From a virus (Duplodnaviria > Caudoviricetes), in the IMG/VR virus record IMGVR_UViG_3300020045_001508, positions 1 through 37,130 of that record: 37,130 nucleotides of DNA; one strand, given 5' to 3'. Each line of letters opens with the position of its first letter. The first letter of the stretch is position 1. Of this stretch, positions 33,562 to 37,130 are shown in pieces. The position numbers were made by a program, and so were the translations under genes. Below the pieces are notes generated by a model. The model was not told the DNA's origin and made no database searches. It was given only the letters and a program-made list of their open reading frames with translations.

Positions 33562-34308
33562 ATGGCGGAAAGAAGAATGTTTGCCAAATCAATTATTGAT
33601 AGTGATGCATTTTTAGATATGCCACTATCAACTCAAGCATTATATTTTCATCTTTCTATGAGAGCTGATGACGAAGGATTTATAAATAATGCAAAAAAAA
33701 TACAAAGAATGATTGGTTCAAATGATGATGATTTAAAAGTTTTAGGTGCTAAAAAGTTTATTATTCCATTTGAAACTGGCGTCGTTGTAATTAAGCATTG
33801 GAAAATTCACAATTATATTCGTGGCGATAGAATTCAATTAACAAACTACAAAGATGAGAAAAGTAAACTAGATATTAAAGAAAATGGCGCATATACCGTC
33901 ATGTCTGTCACTTGTCAGTCAGATGTCAGTCAAATGTCAGCACAGGATAGTATAGGTAAGGATAGTATAGGTAAGGATAGTATAGATATATATAAGGAAA
34001 AAAACGTTCCTTATGATGAGATTATCAATTTATTTTCTGTAACTTTACCAATGTTATCAAAACCATCTAAGTTATCTGAAAGTAGAAAGAGACTTATTAA
34101 AGCAAGGTGGTTTGAAGATGTTAAGCATCAAAGTTTGCAATTTTGGTCAAGTTTATTCTTATACATAGCCGAATCTGATTTTTTAACAGGTCGTTTTTCT
34201 AAATGGCAATGTGATTTTGATTGGATTTTAAAAGCAGATAATTTTTTAAAGATTACTGAAGGAAAATATATAAACCGCACTAATATTGATGAAGGAGCGC
34301 CGTTTTGA
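33562..34308 (+). CDS. Replication initiator (replisome organizer)
   Basis: MAERRMFAKSIIDSDAFLDMPLSTQALYFHL N-domain; DFDWIL..NF.KI.EGKY C-domain; internal iterons; GGAG RBS. Confidence 0.88.
   Translation: MAERRMFAKSIIDSDAFLDMPLSTQALYFHLSMRADDEGFINNAKKIQRMIGSNDDDLKVLGAKKFIIPFETGVVVIKHWKIHNYIRGDRIQLTNYKDEKSKLDIKENGAYTVMSVTCQSDVSQMSAQDSIGKDSIGKDSIDIYKEKNVPYDEIINLFSVTLPMLSKPSKLSESRKRLIKARWFEDVKHQSLQFWSSLFLYIAESDFLTGRFSKWQCDFDWILKADNFLKITEGKYINRTNIDEGAPF
33901..33985. repeat. Putative replication origin iterons
   Basis: Four imperfect 11-mers (atgtcagtcaa-like, 33901-33944), then about 2.8 copies of aggatagtataggta (33944-33985). Confidence 0.8.
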
Positions 34309-34721
34309 TTTATCCAGATGATGCAAAAGAGTTTTCAAGATTAATGATTGTTTTATGGCAAAGCAATGGCAGAAACGCTCCAACAAGAGAATTGATGGCT
34401 GATTGGTTTGATAAACTTAAACAACATGATATTGATTATGTAAAAAAAGTATTTGACACTGTTATTAAAAATTCATATGAGTTACCAACTTTTAAAGTTA
34501 TTAATGACGCTTTAAGGCCTAAAGAAGAGTTTTACAAAGCCTTGCCGCGTCCAGTTGCTAATGAAATATCAAAACAACAATCTGAAAAAATAGTCGAGTT
34601 AGTGAACGCGACAAAACCAAAAAGAGATATGAAAAGTTGGATTTATCCAATCTTAGAAAATCCAAAAAACTATCCAACTATTGCTGTAAAATCTGCACAA
34701 GAAGTAAAAAATGCATTATAA
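34305..34721 (+). CDS. Putative helicase loader/inhibitor-type replication protein
   Basis: Directly after rep; WFDKLK..DIDYV...LPT pattern. Confidence 0.55.
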   Translation: MIYPDDAKEFSRLMIVLWQSNGRNAPTRELMADWFDKLKQHDIDYVKKVFDTVIKNSYELPTFKVINDALRPKEEFYKALPRPVANEISKQQSEKIVELVNATKPKRDMKSWIYPILENPKNYPTIAVKSAQEVKNAL

Positions 34722-34814
34722 TTATATTGTCAGTTGCTGGAGAGCACGAATAGCGGATAGTGCCTAACCACTTGAAGGCTGACACACTCACTCAATCTGT
34801 TAGGAGAATATCAC
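34717..34814 (+). promoter_or_regulatory. -10 box plus structured leader of HNH gene
   Basis: TATAAT at 34717-22; tgtcagt/gctgaca closing stem; agtg[cctaac]cact loop complementary to gttagg at the SD. Confidence 0.6.
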
Positions 34815-35294
34815 ATGCTTACACAAGCAGAATTAAAATCATTGCTACATTACAATCAAGAAACAGGAATTTTTACTTGGCTAAAACATAATTCAGGAGT
34901 TTCAATTTTAAAAGCTGGTACAAATAAAGGTAATGGGTATATACAAATTTCTTTAAAAAGAAAAAGATATTTAGCCCACAGATTAGCATGGCTTTATGTT
35001 TATGGAGAATGGCCTAAACAACAAATAGACCATATTAACGGTATTAGAGATGACAATAGGATAGTTAATTTAAGAGACGTTTCTAGGTCTAAAAATCTCC
35101 TTAATCAAAATCACAGTAATATAAATAAAAGAAATAAAAGCGGCGTAGTAGGTGTTTCATATTTTCCAAGAGACAATAATTGGGTTGCACAATTTATGGT
35201 AAATGGTGTTACAAAGTATTTAGGAAGATATGCAACGGTAGAAGAAGCAAAAAAAGTTCTTTTTGATGCAAAAGAGGCGCTAAATGCAGACTGA
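34815..35294 (+). CDS. HNH homing endonuclease with AP2-like domain
   Basis: AHRLAWLYVYG, IDHINGIRDDNRIVNLR, YLGRYATVEEA. Confidence 0.92.
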   Translation: MLTQAELKSLLHYNQETGIFTWLKHNSGVSILKAGTNKGNGYIQISLKRKRYLAHRLAWLYVYGEWPKQQIDHINGIRDDNRIVNLRDVSRSKNLLNQNHSNINKRNKSGVVGVSYFPRDNNWVAQFMVNGVTKYLGRYATVEEAKKVLFDAKEALNAD

Positions 35295-35475
35295 CTTCAA
35301 ACAACTATTAATTGACTTAAACAAAGTTTATAAATCTTACCCAAGGTTATCTAAAGTTTTAAACGTACCTTTAGGCACTATGAAAAAAATTTTGTACATG
35401 GGAACAAAAGAGATTTATTATTCAACTGCAATGAAAATTATTAATTTGCACAAAAGGCACTTTGATGAAAAATAA
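35284..35475 (+). CDS. Small HTH-like protein
   Basis: SYPRLSKVLNVPLGTMKKI. Confidence 0.55.
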   Translation: MQTDFKQLLIDLNKVYKSYPRLSKVLNVPLGTMKKILYMGTKEIYYSTAMKIINLHKRHFDEK

Positions 35476-35662
35476 AGAAAAATCATGCAGTGAGTGGCTA
35501 AAAGAAATGGCTAAAGAAGGCTTCACTGGTAAATTCAAAGCTACTAATGGCGAGCAAACTTATACAGGTGAAATAACCAAAGACGGTGAGATTAAATCAA
35601 AAAGAATAACTACGCAAAGCGAATCAATGGCTAAAATAAGAGGCATGCTAAATGGAGATTAA
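35462..35662 (+). CDS. Hypothetical protein
   Basis: Coupled ORF. Confidence 0.55.
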   Translation: MMKNKEKSCSEWLKEMAKEGFTGKFKATNGEQTYTGEITKDGEIKSKRITTQSESMAKIRGMLNGD

Positions 35663-36020
35663 ACAATTCAATCTATCTAAGCAAAACTTACCTTACTTTA
35701 TTGCAAAGCTTGAGAATTTTGATTTTAGTTTAGGTTATGTTGCGGATGTTTATCTGAAGAAAACAAAACGCACGTTGGACCAAAACGCTTTATATTGGAA
35801 ATTATTGACTGAGTTTGGCAATTATCTAGGCTATCACTGTGAAGAACTACACGACATTATGCGTAGAAAATATTTGTTTAAAGTGATATTTTTTGATGGA
35901 AAAGAAGAAGTCATTTTATTATCGACAACAAAACAAGATACCAAAGCAATGGCAGAATATTATAGTAAATGTTTAGACTTTGCAGCTAATCATGGATTTA
36001 TTTTTGAGGAAAACTTATGA
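35652..36020 (+). CDS. ninB: NinB/Orf-family recombination protein
   Basis: KRTLDQNALYW...LHD...STT....M..Y. Confidence 0.75.
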   Translation: MEIKQFNLSKQNLPYFIAKLENFDFSLGYVADVYLKKTKRTLDQNALYWKLLTEFGNYLGYHCEELHDIMRRKYLFKVIFFDGKEEVILLSTTKQDTKAMAEYYSKCLDFAANHGFIFEENL

Positions 36021-36172
36021 AAGTTGTAGAGTTTAGCGGTAACAAAAAAGACCTTGTGAAAGTTGCTGATGAGCTTATGCAAATTATTTATTCTCAAGAC
36101 CCGCCATTGACATTAATTGAAATTTTTGGATTGCTTGAAGTTATCAAATTTGAGATTATTGAGGACTTATGA
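36017..36172 (+). CDS. Hypothetical protein (51 aa, not in track)
   Basis: MKVVEFSG...IFGLLEVIKFEI; GAGG RBS and ATGA overlaps. Confidence 0.55.
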   Translation: MKVVEFSGNKKDLVKVADELMQIIYSQDPPLTLIEIFGLLEVIKFEIIEDL

Positions 36173-36711
36173 GTAAAAAGTGTAAGGTTTGCAAAACGCA
36201 ATTTAATCCAATCAATTCATTACAACAAGCATGCGGATGGGAATGTGCACTTGTACTAGGCAAGCAGAAGACTGTTAAAGACCAAGCAAAGCAATTAAAA
36301 GCCGAACGGTCAAAAGTTAAGCAAAGAAAAGAAGCAATAAAGTCGTTGACTGAATTAGCCAATGAGGCACAAGTTTATGTTAATCGCTATATCCGTTACC
36401 GTGACAAACATTTACCATGTATTTCATGCGGTAAGTTTAGGCAATCAGTTCATTGTGGGCATTATCGCTCACGTAAAGCCGCGCCTCATTTAAGATTTAA
36501 CGAAAAAAATATGCACTCACAATGTGCGGAATGTAACACCCATCTATCAGGCAATCAAATTGAGTACAGAATTAACCTAGTTAAGAAAATAGGCATTGAA
36601 TCCGTTGAAGCATTAGAAAACGATAACCGTACACACAAATACACACGCGATGAATTAATCGAGATTAAGAAAGAGTATCAAAATAAATGCAAATTATTTG
36701 AAAATAATTGA
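36169..36711 (+). CDS. ninG: NinG/Rap-family recombination endonuclease
   Basis: CKVC...CGWEC, YIRYRD..LPCISCG, CGHYRS..AAPHLRFNE.N.HSQC..CN.HLSGN. Confidence 0.92.
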   Translation: MSKKCKVCKTQFNPINSLQQACGWECALVLGKQKTVKDQAKQLKAERSKVKQRKEAIKSLTELANEAQVYVNRYIRYRDKHLPCISCGKFRQSVHCGHYRSRKAAPHLRFNEKNMHSQCAECNTHLSGNQIEYRINLVKKIGIESVEALENDNRTHKYTRDELIEIKKEYQNKCKLFENN

Positions 36712-36715
36712 AAAT

Positions 36716-36771
36716 AAGTGTTTACAAATAAAATTAGATGAATTATTATAACTACATCAACAACGCAAACG
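36716..36771 (+). promoter_or_regulatory. Rightward promoter cassette sharing 28 bp with 31039-31066
   Basis: aagtgTTTACA-17-TATTAT followed by aactacatcaacaacgcaaacg. Confidence 0.7.
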
Positions 36772-36782
36772 GATTAAATAAA

Positions 36783-37013
36783 ATGATTACTGTGATTGAA
36801 GCTCAAATGTACAGCATGAAAAATGAAATGGCTTACCAAGTTACATATTCAGACAATACAACTTTAAGAGTAATTGAATCTACAGATAAAATTATTCGTA
36901 GTGAATTTAAAAAAGATGGTGAATGGATTAAAAGTAAAGCATATGTTGTAAAAAGCAATAAAAACAGACAAAACGAAAAAATTAAGCAAAGAGTTATGGA
37001 GTTTTTAAAATGA
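36783..37013 (+). CDS. Hypothetical protein
   Basis: Start MITVIEAQ downstream of the promoter; the track's 36738 start lies within the promoter. Confidence 0.6.
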   Translation: MITVIEAQMYSMKNEMAYQVTYSDNTTLRVIESTDKIIRSEFKKDGEWIKSKAYVVKSNKNRQNEKIKQRVMEFLK

Positions 37014-37130
37014 AAGCAAGTGAAGAAGCAAAGAACGCTGGCCTTAAAAGCTTAAAAGAGCTAGCAGAAATATCAGGTTTAAATGCAGTAACTTTAATTA
37101 ACTGGCTAAGAAATAGACCTAAAGCATTTA
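37010..37130. repeat. Second copy of the 121-bp terminal repeat
   Basis: Exact match to 1..121. Confidence 0.95.

Noticed and set aside
33944-33985. 15-bp repeats as a CRISPR array
   Set aside because: The repeats are tandem with no spacers, in frame within rep, and no cas genes are present.
24903-35294. HNH genes as IscB/HEARO or intron-encoded nucleases
   Set aside because: They are about 160-aa HNH-AP2 proteins with no RuvC motifs, they are intergenic, and no intron core is visible.

Overview
This is a complete, circularly assembled genome of a P22-like podophage, about 37,009 bp unique (positions 1-121 are repeated exactly at 37010-37130). The rightward arm runs: replication initiator with internal iterons, putative helicase loader, HNH, ninB, ninG, small early genes, terS/terL, an inserted fibre/lectin-like module, portal, scaffold, capsid, podoviral tail parts, GNAT, three ejection proteins, tail fibre and lysis genes. 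The leftward arm runs: ERF recombinase, exonuclease, SSB, many small genes, a CAU-anticodon tRNA and an HNH. I see no integrase and no cI/cro pair. The SSB looks betaproteobacterial (Methylophilaceae-like; inference from recall). The most unusual signals are non-coding. (1) The rep gene has a 5' leader whose two hairpin loops (GAGTCAG/CTGACTC) are perfectly complementary, one of them capping a terminator-like stem. (2) Two HNH-AP2 cassettes each bring their own -10 box and a leader with an AGTG-N6-CACT hairpin whose loop differs between copies yet pairs with that gene's own Shine-Dalgarno. (3) There are two pairs of duplicated promoter cassettes. (4) A hidden antisense, possibly leaderless, membrane peptide lies between the ejection and tail-fibre genes. 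(5) A structured RNA precedes a tRNA with a damaged T-arm. All product calls come from motif recognition by eye; no searches were run.
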